Made by a program: the position numbers and the translations under genes. From Felis catus (lineage: Eukaryota): DNA of 64,000 nucleotides. Shown piece by piece: positions 49,994-63,299 of the stretch. The DNA is taken from positions 144,462,001-144,526,000 of the forward strand of contig NC_058368.1 in NCBI RefSeq assembly GCF_018350175.1. Reading direction: 5' to 3'. Within the stretch, counting starts at the first letter, position 1. Each line of letters starts with the position of its first letter. The notes below the pieces were generated by a model. That model saw nothing but the letters and a program-made list of their open reading frames with translations, searched no databases and had not been told where the DNA came from.

Positions 49994-51619
49994 AGCGCAT
50001 AAAGCTCAATTTCATCAGTAATTTCATCAGGTGTTTAAAATGTATTCCACTTCCACTCTACGAGCAGTTATAGAAGGAAAGAGAGAGAGCAGGAGGTAAT
50101 GAATCACAGGAAGAACAACATGACCACATGCTATATTATCACTTTGGAAATGGACCTAGAGCCCTATACCCAGCTTTATCCATCTCCACTTCCTCAAACA
50201 CTTGGAGTCTCCTTTTTGACTGGGATGGACGGCCACAGCAACCCATGAGGGTATATGGGAGAAATCCACTCTGGGCTGCAAAGGGCCACTGAATGGTGTT
50301 GTTCACATTCCCAGGGACTCTAGGCCAAACCTCAAGGCTCGGCGAGGATGGAGAGCTCCACCCTGTGTTAGAGCCGTGCTGTGATCCCAGAGGCACTGGC
50401 ACCCAGGCTGCTGCACTGTCCGGATCCCTGGTCCCCTGGGCCTGAGTCACCCAGCCAGGGACAGTTTGGAGGGCACCCATTTCTTTATCCACCCTATGTT
50501 TGCCTTGCAGTGTCAGGCATCTGGGAGGCCCAGAGGAGAAGAATACCACAGTGGACTCCCGTAGGGTGTCTTCTGTCCCTCCTTCCTGACAGGAACAGTG
50601 CGAAGGGGATACCAGGAGGGTTTTTTAGCTCAGTGATTGAAGACACAGGGTTGACTTTGGCTCTCTTAATCTAAAAGTGAAAATTTTCAAGAGCATATGT
50701 AGTAATTTAGAACCCTGCAGTACCATCCAAATGGTAATATGCATGGAGCAGCATTTTTAAAAAGAAATTATTTTTCTGCTGTATACTTTTAAGAAAACCC
50801 TATTGCTTTTTAATCTGCCTTTGAACATCACTAATTTGACCAAGGTAATTTACTTTCTTTAGATATATGGGTAGTATTACAAAGATATGAACAGTTTTTA
50901 AAATACATGAGTGCACTTATTGTTGACTATATAGTTGTATGTATCTGTTGTGACTCAAACAATTTAAAAATGGAATGAACATATGTTTGTTGGCTGTATA
51001 GCTATAGGTGTTTATTGTAAATGATTCAAACAATATAGAAATGTGGAAAGTGGAAGTGGTCTTGTAGGACTGTTCTTTAGCAATTGTCGCTGTCAGCTAT
51101 AAATTTGTCTCTAACTTGCAGGAGCTTAAGGACCAGAGTTTTAAGTGAGCTTGTGTTTTCATATTGGGTTACATTTGTTCTCTCTGCAAAAACACATAGC
51201 ATAAACAGCAGCAAACCCATTATAATAAAACCCAGAAAACTGAAAAATTAAAATTCATACAAAGCTACAGTAGATACCGGAAAGACCCTGAACATTTAAA
51301 TGTAATAGGCTTGTTCATTATGTTGTCTTTCTGGAAGTTTATGATCATTGTAGGTAAGAAATAAGAATCTTCGGTAAATCTGCAAACCTAAAGTATCTGT
51401 TCTTACTGCTCTTGTAGGTGTTTGTGAGATCATCGTAATGTTTTGACTTTCCATATTTAGGATAAAAAGGTATATTGGTAGTTTAAGCCAATCCCTTTTA
51501 AAATCCTTTCTCTAGATGGCTTCACCTGGATCTGATTATACAGTCATGAGGTTTATCACCACATGTGGCTGTCTGAAGCAAGTTTATTAATTTAATTATA
51601 CCTCATGTTTCTTTACTGA

Positions 51620-52115
51620 TAATTATTTATTCATCAAACAGTATTGAGGGCTTTGTGTGCGTCTAGCACAGAGCTAGGATCAATGGTACAAAAGGACCAG
51701 GCTGTGAGTGAAGAGACACACGTGTGGACAACTCTAAGGTGATGTAAGAAGAGGGTCCACAGGATTACTGAAACCCAGAAGACAGAGTGACTCCTTTTGT
51801 CAAAGGTGCTGGGGAAGGATTCTTAGAGGAATGACATTTCAGTGGCGTGAGTTGTGAAAGTTCAGTAAGAACTTGTAGGTGAAGAGACTGGGGATGTGGC
51901 AAGACAAAAATACACTGATAGAGAAGGAAATTAACATTTGTTAAGGGCCTACTGTGTGCCTGGCACTGCCTGTCCGCTAATTTGTTCCTGTAAGGTCTAC
52001 ATCATTGTCTTCATTTTGCCTGGGATGAAACTCAGGCTCAGAAAAGTTATGTGGCTTGCCCAAGTTCTTGAGTTACCGCTTGGGGAGTCAGGATTCGCAC
52101 TCCTGGTACTATCTG
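51620..52115 (-). mobile_element. L2 3' end (about 51620-51900) followed by MIR (about 51930-52115)
   Basis: tttattcatcaaacagtattgagggc; gatgaaactcaggctcagaaaagttatgtggcttgcccaag. Confidence 0.7.
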
Positions 52116-52630
52116 TAGCATGAGGCTGAGGAAGGAGCTTGTCTTCTTGGAGGAGCAATACCTTGGTGTGACTGGAGTATGGCACACACTGAAGGAAACA
52201 GAAACAAGTTTAAAAATGGAGAATGGAACTAATTAGTGTAGGGCATTTTTAGCCTGCATAAGATTTGCTTTTAGTGTTTGAGAATACCAGTGAGGCTTTG
52301 TAAGTAGACATAGAAGCTTGATTTATCTTTTAGAAAGAGAACTCTGGCCACCAAATTTGGGGTGAGGGAGTTGGATAGGACTGGAGTTGGTGTCACAGAT
52401 TTATCTTCATTACTAGGTGTGAAAAGAAAATACTTTTCTAAATTTTACCTGATTTTCTCCTTAAGACCCCTTCTCCACTTAATAAGTGGAGAAAAAAAGA
52501 ACCTAGATTTAGTTAAGAGTAGGAAACTCAGTCTGCCCCAGTAATGTGGGAAGTCTCTTTTGGAAATTCATTTTTCCCTCTGTACCTCACTAAGATGGTA
52601 TCTCAGTAAATGGAGTCTCACGTGTCCTTT

Positions 52631-52633
<3 letters not shown>

Positions 52634-52664
<31 letters not shown>
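52634..52664. repeat. (GT)n microsatellite
   Basis: Seen directly. Confidence 0.97.
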
Positions 52665-52668
<4 letters not shown>

Positions 52669-53415
52669 TATGAGTGTGTGTGTATGTATCAAAGGTTGGG
52701 GGAGTCCTTGCTGGTTCTGACTATGGTCTGGTGTTGTTCTGGCTCTGCCTTGGGCATCTTTTGGCGACTGTTGCTGAAGTGTGTGGCTGCTGTAACTTGC
52801 AGTCTATTTTCTCCTGGGTCAGCCAGGGCCTGGTTGTCCATATGGCTTACATGGTCCCACTTTGGCTCTTCTAGGCCTGCATAATCCCTACCCCATCCCA
52901 TGGTAAGTTTTGACAGTGCCCTTTCTTTCTTGGGCCTCCATAGTATACTGTATAATTGTAAATGTCCACACCACTTAAAAGCTAGTCAGGCTCTGGAGAG
53001 CCAACTTCAAAACTTAGGCCTTTTTTTTCTTTTCACCTAACTGCTGTGACACCAGTTTTGCTGATTTGCAGTGACCACCCTATGTTGTCGTGAGAGTCGG
53101 GGGCAGGACATTAGAACGTTCCATGAGGTGACATTCTCTAGATCCCTAAAGGAACAGCGATATAGAAGCTCCTTGGATTTTGGTTTTGTTATCAACCCTT
53201 TTAACTCCTCACCCTCCTCCGGGTTTTTAGCCCTGAGTGAGGTGAAGCTGTACCATATGTGTCTCTGTCTCATGATTTCTCTATTTACCTTGACCATTTC
53301 TTCTCTCCACACTTCTCCTTGTGTTCCAAACTCACCGGGACTTCTTGAGGTCATCCTGTCCTCCTTCGGCAGGGGCCATTAACCTTTTGGCTCTCATAGT
53401 GGCCAGGATAACAAG

Positions 53416-53477
53416 GATAGCAAGGAGGGAGAGGGGTCAGCTGTAAGATAACAAGGAGGGAGAGAGGTCAGCTGTAA
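53416..53477. repeat. 31-bp tandem duplication (2 copies, 2 mismatches)
   Basis: gata[g/a]caaggagggagag[g/a]ggtcagctgtaa twice. Confidence 0.95.
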
Positions 53478-54198
53478 GACAATGAGTATCAACTGGTAAG
53501 TATTTCAAAGCCGTCATATTTGTCGCCTGATGGCAAAGCTGCTACAGTAGTCTAGGTGAGGGATAATAAAAGCCAGAAGGGAGTCCTATGAAAGAGCTTT
53601 GGTGAAACCACATGTGGGGCTGATAAGAGGGGGAAGTCGAAGATGACTTTGGGATTCCCAGTTAGGGTAACCATTGAATAAAGATTCACTTGACAGAGAA
53701 AAGACAAGAGTATGGGAGGGAGAGAGGGAAGGTAATGAACTCAGTTTTAGATCTGACTGAAATGCTATGTAATAGGAGAAATATATATGGGGCTGGTGAC
53801 TGGGAGAGAATCTGCCTGGAGAAATAGATTGGGGAAACAGGTGGGAATGTCTGGGAGAAGAAGAGAAAGTCGTTGTCACTGCGGATGTTAAATTTAAAGA
53901 CATAAACAAGGTCATCACTGTTTTAATTCTTCCTTGCACTTCATAATGACCCAGTACTTTGGAATTTCTCCAAGTTCTTACAGTGGGACAGGTCTGAGGT
54001 CAAGAGTACTGTCAAGGGAGTCTGTTGCTACTTTTGATCCTCAAGGGATCTTTAAAGCCCCAGGTCTGACACATAGATGCATGGTACACTAAGTTCATAT
54101 CAGAATGAGGCCAGAATATTCTATACAAAGAAAACTTTGATGAAAGGCCAAAAAAAAAAAAAGTTATAGATGCATGCAGAGGCACTATTTAATTTTTT

Positions 54199-54407
54199 TA
54201 AAAATGTAAATGTTTATTAATTATTGAGAGACAGAGAGAGACAGAGCATGAGTATGGGAGGGCCAGAGAGAGGGGGAGACAGAGAATCTGAAGCAAGTCA
54301 GCAAGAGCTGTCAGCACAGAGCCCGATGCGGGGCTTAAACTCATAAACCGCAGGTCATGACCTGAGCCGAAGTCGGACGCTTAACCGACTGAGCCACCCA
54401 GGCGCCC
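54199..54407 (-). mobile_element. Can-SINE
   Basis: Degenerate TSD ggca[cta/gtg]tttaatttttt. Confidence 0.92.
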
Positions 54408-55084
54408 TGGCAGTGTTTAATTTTTTGTAGTTGGGCTGAATTTGTTAAGTGAACTCCTGGAAAGGTAACATGTACTTCTCAAAACCATCATTGTTATGCC
54501 TGAGACATGGTCTAACCTTTGGATGTACTCTGCTAATATAATTACTTTGCTGTCTCTGAAAGGTGGCTTTTAATTGGGTTTCTTAGCAGCAGCTGCTGTG
54601 GAGCCGCCCGTCACAGCCTTTCAATAGATCGGGCTGGTTCATTACATGTTTCCTCTCCCTGGACTGGGCCGCTGGGCTTGGACAATAGCCAGCAGTTACT
54701 GAAATGCCATCACTTATAGGATTGACCTTTAAGACACTGATTTGTTATTTTGTTGAGTTTCGACTTTTTTCCTCTCAAATTTAAATGGAGCTTTATTGAA
54801 TAGAGGGCTAAACTTAATTCTTCTCGTTCTCCATGGCCCCTTCATCAGGTTATTTCCCCCTAGTTCATTGCATTTAGTTCTCTGGCTGGACAGGAGGTTT
54901 AAGAACTAAAGACAGCTTGTCATTTATGGGGCTCAGGACTGTCCATGGGGAAGTGCGGTGGATTATCACATAGGCAGGTCTCAGAGTCCTCAATGCACTG
55001 ATGATTTATGCACAGGTAACCTGAGAAGTCTCTTAGTCAGTTTTTTCTGTTTGGTGTAATTGTGTTGAAAATTCTTTTTCTTCT

Positions 55085-55318
55085 GAAGTTTTTATTTTAA
55101 TTTCAGTTAGATAATATACTATGTATATATTAGTTTCACGTGTACAATATAGTGACTCAACACTTGCATACATTACCCGGTGCTCATCACAAGTGCACTT
55201 CTTAATCCCCATCACCTGTTTCACCCATACCCCGACTCACCAACCCTCTGGTAACCATCAGTTTGTTCACTATAGTGAAGAGATTATTTCTTGGTTTGCC
55301 TCTCTCTTTTTTTCCGCT
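55085..55318 (-). mobile_element. Carnivore L1 3' UTR fragment
   Basis: Similar to 41050-41240; degenerate TSD tgtg[t/c]tg[a/g]aaattctt. Confidence 0.85.
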
Positions 55319-55929
55319 TGTGCTGGAAATTCTTATTTCTAGGATTATTGTCCTGAAGGCTTTTAATTCATTTGAAGAAAATGAGTACCTAAGTGTCACA
55401 CTGAATGAACAAAACTTTGGGAGTAGATGGGAAGGTGGGACAACAGGAAGAACTCTGTGTTTGGCTTTGGTTCTCCCTTAGAGCAGCTCTGTGGGGCTGG
55501 TTCTTTTTTTGCCCCATCATGACATCCTGGTGGGTCCAGTGTATTTTCTGAATATTCTCATATAATAAAAAGCTATCTAGTCACATTTCCTTTCCAGACA
55601 GTCTCAGTTTGGTAATTAATACATCCAGCCTCAATTAGCCTGGCTTAAAGTGAAAGCTTCTCCCCTGGCTCAGATCTCAGATTCAAATTCCACCAAAAAT
55701 AAAAACTATTGATATTTTTATTGGAATGCATTGAAACTATAGATTAGTTGACTTCTTAGAGATGATAAACATATTTTCTTGGATTTAGTCCTATTTGTAT
55801 TTGTTATTACAAATGCTTTGTTTTCAAAATTAAGTTTTGTGTTTGTTGATATTATACCAAAGTGCTGTATATTGATTTTATCCCCAGCAATTTTGTTTGG
55901 TGGTCTTATTCTAGTAGTTTTTCAATGAA

Positions 55930-56441
55930 TTTTTTTTTTATCAACCCACAGTTCTCTATCTTTAAGAGTCTCTTATGGTGTGTTTCCTCCTCTCTCTCTT
56001 TCCGCCTTCCCATATGCTCATCTGTATTGTTTCTTTTTTTCTTCATTTTTTTTTAATTTTAATTTTAGTTAACATACAGTGCAATATTGGGTTCAGGAGT
56101 AGAATTCAGTGATTCATCACTTAACATCCAGTGCTCATCACAACAGGTGCCCTCCTTAGTACTCGTCACCCATATAACCTACCTCCCACCCACCTCCATC
56201 CATCAACCTAGTTTGTTCTCTGTCATTATGAGTCTCTTGTGTCTTGTTTCCCTCTCTTCTCTCCCCCTCTCCTTCCCGTATGTTCATATGCTTGTTTTCT
56301 TAAATTCCACATATGAGTGAAATCATATGGTATTTGTCTTTCTCTGCCTGACTTATTTCGCTTAGCATAATACATTCTTGCCCCATCCATGTCATTGCAA
56401 ATGGCAAGATTTCATTCTTTTTGATGGCTGAGTAATATTCC

Positions 56442-56492
<51 letters not shown>

Positions 56493-56915
56493 CATCTTTA
56501 TCCATTCATCAATTGATGCACATTTTGGCTCTCTCCATAGTTTGGCTACTGTTGTTAATAATGCTGCTATTAACATTTGGGTGCATGTGTCCCTTCAAAT
56601 CTGCATTTTTGTATCTTTTGGGTAAATACCTAGTAGTGAAATTGCTATATCATAGAGTAATTCTATTTTTAGTTTCTTGAGGAACCTCCATACTGTTCTC
56701 CAGAGTGGCTGCACCAGTTTGCATTCCCACCAGCAGTGCAAGAACATTTCCCTTTCTCCACATCCACGCCAACATCTGTTTTTTCTTGTGTTGTTAATTT
56801 TAGCCATTTTGACATGTTTAAGGTGATATCTCAATACGGTTTTGATTTGTATTTCTCTGATGATGTGTGATGTTGAGCATCTTTTCATGTGTCTGTTAGC
56901 CCTCTGGATGTCTTC
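55930..56915 (-). mobile_element. Tandem carnivore L1 3' fragments with internal (GT)n at 56444-56490
   Basis: ORF2-like peptide at 56595-56888; outer TSD ttcaat[g/t]aattttt at 55921 and about 56916. Confidence 0.88.
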
Positions 56916-57469
56916 TTCAATTAATTTTTAATATAGACAATTATATCAACTGTGAAAAATGAGTTTTTCCCTTGCTTTCCATTTCTTGTGCCTTTTTTCC
57001 TTTATTTTTCTATATTGCCCACCAGAGAGAATTAGCAAATGTAAGTAGTGATAACTGCCATCTTTTTCTTATTTTTGATTTCAGAAAGGTTGCTTGCAGT
57101 AGCACACCAATAGGTAAGATGTTTGTAGTAAGGTTTTGGTTAGATATCCTTTATTAGGTTTAGAAATGTCAGCAAGGAGTTTTAATCCTGCATATGTGTA
57201 GCCTTATCAAATACCTTGTAGCCTTATCAAATATCTATATCGAGTGAGGAGTTGCGGGTTGACTCTTACTGAAGGGCGTTAAGATGCAACCTATTGTATC
57301 TTCTAGGTGCAAACTCATTGCCAAGTGGACTGGGAGTGATATTACATTTTGAAATATGATTTACACAAAGCTGATGCATTTTTTACACATACACCCTTTG
57401 TAGGAAAATAGTGTATTATGCGGTCAGGCTTGAAAAATAAAACTAAACTTTGTTTGTTTTTCTCTCTAG

Positions 57470-57576
57470 TATTACTTTACCGTTCTTTTTGGCCATGAAG
57501 GTCAGAAACCCCTGGAGTTGCGCTGTGAGGAGGAGCAGGATGGTAAAGAGTGGATGGAGGCCATTCATCAAGCCAG
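57470..57576 (+). CDS. RASGRF2: RASGRF2 internal coding exon (likely exon 2; C-terminal half of the N-terminal PH domain)
   Basis: Acceptor tttgtttgtttttctctctag|TAT with branch-like actaaac at 57442-57448; donor GCCAG|gtatgg. 107 nt, phase 0 to 2, translating [35 protein letters not shown](S), identical to my recollection of human RASGRF2 (RASGRF1 differs here). Not in the ORF track because it has no start codon of its own. Confidence 0.96.
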
Positions 57577-57774
57577 GTATGGGCTCACATCCTCTGTGTG
57601 ACACTGGATTGACTGGGTGTCTTGCCTTGGGGTTTTCACTGTTGGCTGTAGTTTTGGAAGAACTTGAAATTCCAAGATGGGTTTCCCCTTGGTACCTACT
57701 CCTTAGTAACATGCGAGATGCTTCTTTGTGCTTTCTACGGCTATATTCTGGCCAAAGATGGAAGGTAATAGATG

Positions 57775-58050
57775 TAACAATAATAATATCAGGTTACTTT
57801 TGTGGATTGTTCCTGTGTGCCAGGCACTCTTCTAAGTGCTTCTCAAGTAAGGCAATTTACTAAACGTATTGAATTGCTTATCCGCTCAACAATCTGAGAG
57901 TGGGATATTATAATTACCCCTCTTTTACAGAGAAGGGAAGTAAGGCCCAGCCGGTTAGTTTGCTTGCCTCAGGTCACACAGTTGGTAAGTGGCAGAGCCC
58001 GGATATGGACTCCACCAAGCCCACATTTATAAACTCTGCCCTGGGCAGCC
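57775..58050 (-). mobile_element. MIR
   Basis: tgtgtgccaggcactcttctaagtgctt...ttttacagagaagggaagtaaggcccag. Confidence 0.8.
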
Positions 58051-58819
58051 TAGGTATCAAGAAGGGTGATGCTGACTTTATCTAGGGAGATAGAAGAGTA
58101 TGATTTTGTTTCCTCCTAAGAAATATCAGGAAGAAAGAATGCACTCAGCCTCAAACAAGAACGAGAAATCTGAAAGAGACTCAGGCAGATCCTTCTCTTT
58201 TATTTTTCATCTTCATTTCTGAAGTCCAGTCCGCTTTTGCTTTAGCTGGCTCCCATGCTGTCTGCTTTCCTGCCTGTCTCATCCCTCGTCCAGTCTTTCG
58301 TCACCCCCCAACTGCCTACTCATATTCCTGGTGTTTTAGGTGCAAAATTCCAGCTGGGGCACATCTTCTTTTCCTTCCCCTGACATGCCCCCTGCTTCTC
58401 GGAAGTGCCCGTTCCTGCCTCTAACCACCCCTGACCCTGAAACTCCCCGGACAAGTTGCCCTCATAGGCCCCTTCTCCACATGGCTGCGGTGCTTGCAGT
58501 AATACACGTCGAATATCTAACAATTGAGCACAATAGAGGTGGGTTTTTGTTTTTTTACATATTTTGCACGTGTGATTTCTGTTTCTTGAGCTGGATTGTG
58601 TGCACCTGGAGAGTAAGGAGGAGGATGCTTCATTTCTGAATGAAGCGCGGTGCTAATTATGTGGTAGGTGACCAAGAAATATTTTCAGATTGATTATAAA
58701 GAAGATGAGGTATTTGTTCTGGGTTTCGATGCTTCTTTAACCCTTGAGATTTTCTCTCTGAAAGTTCTCTCCGTCTCATCCCCTCCCACTCCTCTTCTTT
58801 CTTAAGCTTCTTTATATTA

Positions 58820-59035
58820 ACCACCTACCTCCTCTGTGGCAGGCGGCATGCTAAGTGCTTTACATACTTTGTTTATTCCTCACAACTACCCAGCAGGGTA
58901 TTATTAGCCCTACTTTGTAGATGAGAAAACAAAGATGCATGATTATTAAGCAGATTGGCCAACATGTAAAATGAAGTTGTTACGCTGCAGAGCTGAGCTT
59001 CCCACACATCAGTCTGACTCCAGAACCTTTTACCA
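58820..59035 (-). mobile_element. MIR
   Basis: tgctaagtgctttacata...tcctcacaactaccc...tagatgagaaaac. Confidence 0.8.
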
Positions 59036-59705
59036 GTGTTTTCTATTGTAACTGTCTTTATTATCGTCTCCTTCTCTCTTTACTCTTCCCCTCTTCTATT
59101 TCTTTTTCTCTTTCTCTGTTCACAGATGAAGGTAGATTAGTATGAGGTTAGGGTTGAGAGTAGAAGATGTTATTTGCAAAATATTTCAGTCCCTTTTCTT
59201 CCCTCCTCTTCAGAATACTTCTCTGAGATGCCCAGGGTTGGTGACCAAATGCTGCTCACCAAGCGGGCCCTGGGGATAGCTTGCCCACATCGTGATCCTG
59301 GCACACTGTTCGGCTGTCTTTTCTCTCATTGTTTCTGTCTGAGGGTTTTGCTCCAGACTGTGCTCTACAGTACAGTGACTTGCTGTAGAAAGAAGGCTGG
59401 GTCTTCAAAGGTGAACTAAGTATCAGGTTGGCAAGGTAGAGCTTGGGTTATTTCTGGACACAATCTCTGTGACTGCTTCTGTTCTCTCCTACCTGGGAAT
59501 TAAAATGATATAAATAAGTTAAAACGTGTGTATTTGCCCCCCCCCCTTTTTTTTTCAACTCCAGAAAAGCCAGATACTCGTAGTAGCCTAGAATGCCTCT
59601 GTGGTTGCTGAGCAAATACCATGTTGGACCAAATACAGAGTATGGATTCCTTCAAAAATGGTTAGATTTTAAATCTAATTTTTAAAATTATTTTAAATCA
59701 TTTTT

Positions 59706-59912
59706 TTAAAAATGTTTTATTTAATTTTGAGAGAGACAGAGACAGAGTGTGAACAGGGTAGGGGCAGAGAGAGGGAGACACAGAATCCGAAACAGGCTCC
59801 AGGCTCTGAGCTATCAGCCCAGAGCCTGACGCGGGGCTCGAACTCACAAGCCATGAGGTCGTGACCTGAGCCAAAGTCGGACACTGAACCGACTGAGCCA
59901 CCCAGGCGCCCC
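59706..59912 (-). mobile_element. Can-SINE
   Basis: TSD attttaaatcattttt at 59690-59705 and 59913-59928. Confidence 0.95.
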
Positions 59913-62461
59913 ATTTTAAATCATTTTTAAATCACTATTTTTCTATGCTATGGGAACTTTGTCATATACGTGGAAGTGGGTCAGTATTTGGTGTTGATTG
60001 ACATATGATCGAAACCAGGGCTCGTGTGATCTTGTCAGAAACGTAGACTTTAGAAATCACTTTGGTGATTTAGGAGACCGAATGATAAGAATTCTCTTGT
60101 GGATTTGAAGATTTAGTTAATAATTGATTTTTTTAAAAATGTTCTGCCTTTTTGGTCCATTAGATTTGCTTTTCCTTTGATTTGAGGCCCAGGACTGGGT
60201 TCTTTGATGATTTCTTTTTAATCAGACTGCTTTATACTTGAGTTCGTGCATTTGACTTTTTGCATTGACATGCTTCTTACATTTTCTGTTTTATAAATGG
60301 GGAGGATAACAGCTTTTTCATTTAAGTTTCATTAAGTTGAGATTTTGGTGTGAACTTGGATTTGTGAAATTCATTCTGACTGTTCATACATGTGCAGAGC
60401 CAGAAAGTAAATGAAGCTGATTCAGAGAAGGAATTTGTCAGCCAGTTTTGCTTGGCATTGTGCTAATTAAACAACTGATTGGATGACTAAATATTTCACC
60501 TTTAGAGCGTTAATTTGGTGCCACTGCCTTTTTAATAGAAAATGCTCAATAATTACGGTTTTTTTTAATCCCTCTTTTTAAAAGTCTGAGCTTTTGACTA
60601 ACTGATGGCTATTTTAGCCTGAGACTAATTTTTTTTTGAGCTCCCTGCAGACACTACATAGAAACAGGGACTGCTCAGAGCCCTTTTCCTGGTCTCTGCT
60701 GTTTTACTGGGATGTCTTTTCAGAACTGGCTTGGGCATGCTGTCCTTGTGTGCCACAGATATCACATTCTTGCTGCTGGCTTGTTGTACCTCCGAGATGA
60801 ATCTACTTGCTCCAGTTTGCCTTCAGGGGATCTTTGGGTCCTTTTCTGGGATGTTGAATTGCATGTTTTCTCCCTTAGATCTGGCCCAAGGAAAAATCTT
60901 TTTGGAAATTACATTCTCATTCTGAAGCTCTGATGTGGTCCAGAAAACTTGTTTTACGGTTTTTTTTTTTTTGAAGTTGGCCAATATTACTTTCTAGAAC
61001 ACTGGCACATTTAAAATATCATTCCATCACATATTATTGGCACCAGTTCATGGGAAGCTGCTAGCAAGACTCAGTCATGTTTTTGTCTGGATGAGCTGAG
61101 GCCAGAGCATTTTAACAGCAGTGAAGTCTATGTTTATTCCATAAGTGGTTTGCTAGTTGGGTATGGAATTTTGCACCTTACTAATAATCTGATTTTTGTT
61201 GTTGTTGTCTTCTTGGCCGTATCTGTCTATCGTGGTTGGTTTAGTCGTTGACATTAGGATGGTCAAAAACATTGACCCAGGTAATTGCGGGTCCTTAGGG
61301 CTCACTGACTGAAAAGACAACATCCACAGCACTGTGTCTCCACTTTTTATCCGCTGGAACATGGACCAAGCGAAGTCTCGGCAGGTAGAAGGTAGCTATG
61401 GTCTGGAAGAGGATCTAGGTGTGCAGAGATACCAAAGCTCTCCCCATGCTGGTCTAAGCATAAGACCTGAAGGACCTGGTATATGACAGTTAAGAAGAGA
61501 GAGCTAGAAAGTATTCCAGAGATGGGGTGGGGGATGACTTCAGAGGACTTTGTGACCACCTGGATGTGGGCAGTATTAGACCAGGATGATATCTAACACA
61601 TCTCTCAGGGCCCTAGCATGGATAGTGTCACTTACTGGGAGAAGAAATGATGGATGAAAGCGGGTTTGTGGGGCCAAGATGGTGAGCACTGGTCAGGAGG
61701 GGCCTCTGAGGGGAATTGGAGGGTTTGATTGCCTGGAAGGGGCAGTGAGGAGCCGTGTGATTCTGAGGGGTCTCCTTGCCCTTGCTAGGGAAGATATGAG
61801 AAAATGAGTATCCGAAGCTACTGGAGAAGTAAGGTATGTCCTGAGGGGAAAGCTGGCTTTGGGTTTCTACCAAAGCTGGGGTTAGAGGAAGACTTTTGAA
61901 AAGTTGGAGAGGTGGAGAATATTGCGCCTGGTACAGTGAGCCACAGGATGTGCACAGCTTTTCCTTTATTCCTCCCTGCAAACGTATGGCTTATGCTTTC
62001 AGTGGTTGAGACTGTCCCACCGTACCTTTCCCCTGCTTTCTAATTTTTTAACTGAAACTCTGCTCAAACCCCCATCTTGACAGTCTTCCCTCCTCTTGGT
62101 GTGTGCATATGGCAGGTGGATCTTAGGCTTTTTTCAGTGGGGAGGGCATTTGCAAGGGAAGAGGAATTCAGTGTGTGCTTCCATTCTATAAAGCTCATGT
62201 CAGATTTAGTTTGGCAAGGGTTTGACAGAACCAGTTCCCTCATCCTGTCAGTCCTGAACTTGACGAGCATAGAGACTTAATCCTCCAGTTAAATCTTTCA
62301 GTTAAGTCTTATCCTTTTGTCCACTAAAGAAAGCTCTAATCCAGCCTCTTGGGTCTGTTTTTATCTGTAGTCCTTTTGATGACATGTGCCTCAGGCAGCC
62401 TGTTGTTTGTTCTCTCTCTTTCCCCCTCTATCAATCTGTTCCCCCTCCCCCACAACATACA

Positions 62462-62462
<1 letters not shown>

Positions 62463-62502
<40 letters not shown>

Positions 62503-62538
62503 ACACAGCATACACAACCACACACACATACACACACA
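62463..62538. repeat. (CA)n microsatellite with degenerate tail
   Basis: Seen directly. Confidence 0.95.
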
Positions 62539-63242
62539 AGCCATCATGGTAACTGCTCCAGACACCTAGTGCCTGTAACCTCATCCTTTTAATTGGATGG
62601 AGGCATAATTTAGAGTGAAGTGTATATTATAAAATCTATCCCCACACTAAAGGCCACTGTGTGTATCATATCATCCCCATAAAATCAGCTCTTTATATAA
62701 TATATGTGCAGGGAGAAATCCTTCACAAATCAGAACAAAGCTAAAAACGCTTTGTGTATCACGGTCAACTGACAGGACTAGAAAATCAGAAATGGACAGT
62801 GATGTCATAGCCTAAAGCTATATTTTGTATTCTTCTTGTAATAATAAGACTATCACTACTATTGCTACTTTAAAGCTGAAGATACGGATTTTGTTCATTT
62901 GATATATATATATTTTTAATAAGAAGTTTTGTCAGGCCTTTGCCTCAAGATTGTACATGATGAAAGAGACGTCAGCACTTTCTTAGAACCTGCAAAGAAA
63001 GAGAGAAAAGGGATAATGTGTCTGCAAACTATGAAAGATTTCACTTGATGAGATGGTAGAAACTGTTTTCTACAGGGAAAAGTTGGGCTTGAATTTCTTT
63101 ATTTTCAGCCTTTGGTTAATACTTTCACCTGCTGGTTCTCTTTCCTATTCTTCATAGTGTTTTTTCTTCAGTTTGTTTGCACGGCACCAGGAGCTTGCAG
63201 TAGAACAGGCGCTCTGTCTGTCTGCACATGAACCCCAGCCCG

Positions 63243-63257
63243 CCTGCAGGGGGCGCC
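63243..63257 (+). promoter_or_regulatory. Candidate CTCF site
   Basis: CCTGCAGGGGGCGCC versus core consensus CCASYAGRKGGCRSY (one tolerated mismatch). Confidence 0.55.
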
Positions 63258-63299
63258 CCCCCAACAGGCTCTTGGCTGCCCCAAGAACTAGTGCTGCTT

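Larger units (their letters stand above)
1..57469 (+). other. RASGRF2: RASGRF2 upstream intron (probably intron 1, partial)
   Basis: No other RASGRF2 peptide or CpG island found upstream of the exon; all young L1s and most SINEs are antisense, as expected within a + strand gene. Confidence 0.8.

Noticed and set aside
53416..53477. CRISPR-like repeat
   Set aside because: Two directly abutting copies with no spacer, in mammalian intronic DNA.
57450..57863. 137-aa + strand ORF overlapping the exon
   Set aside because: Wrong frame relative to the RASGRF2 peptide and runs across both splice sites; no recognisable protein.
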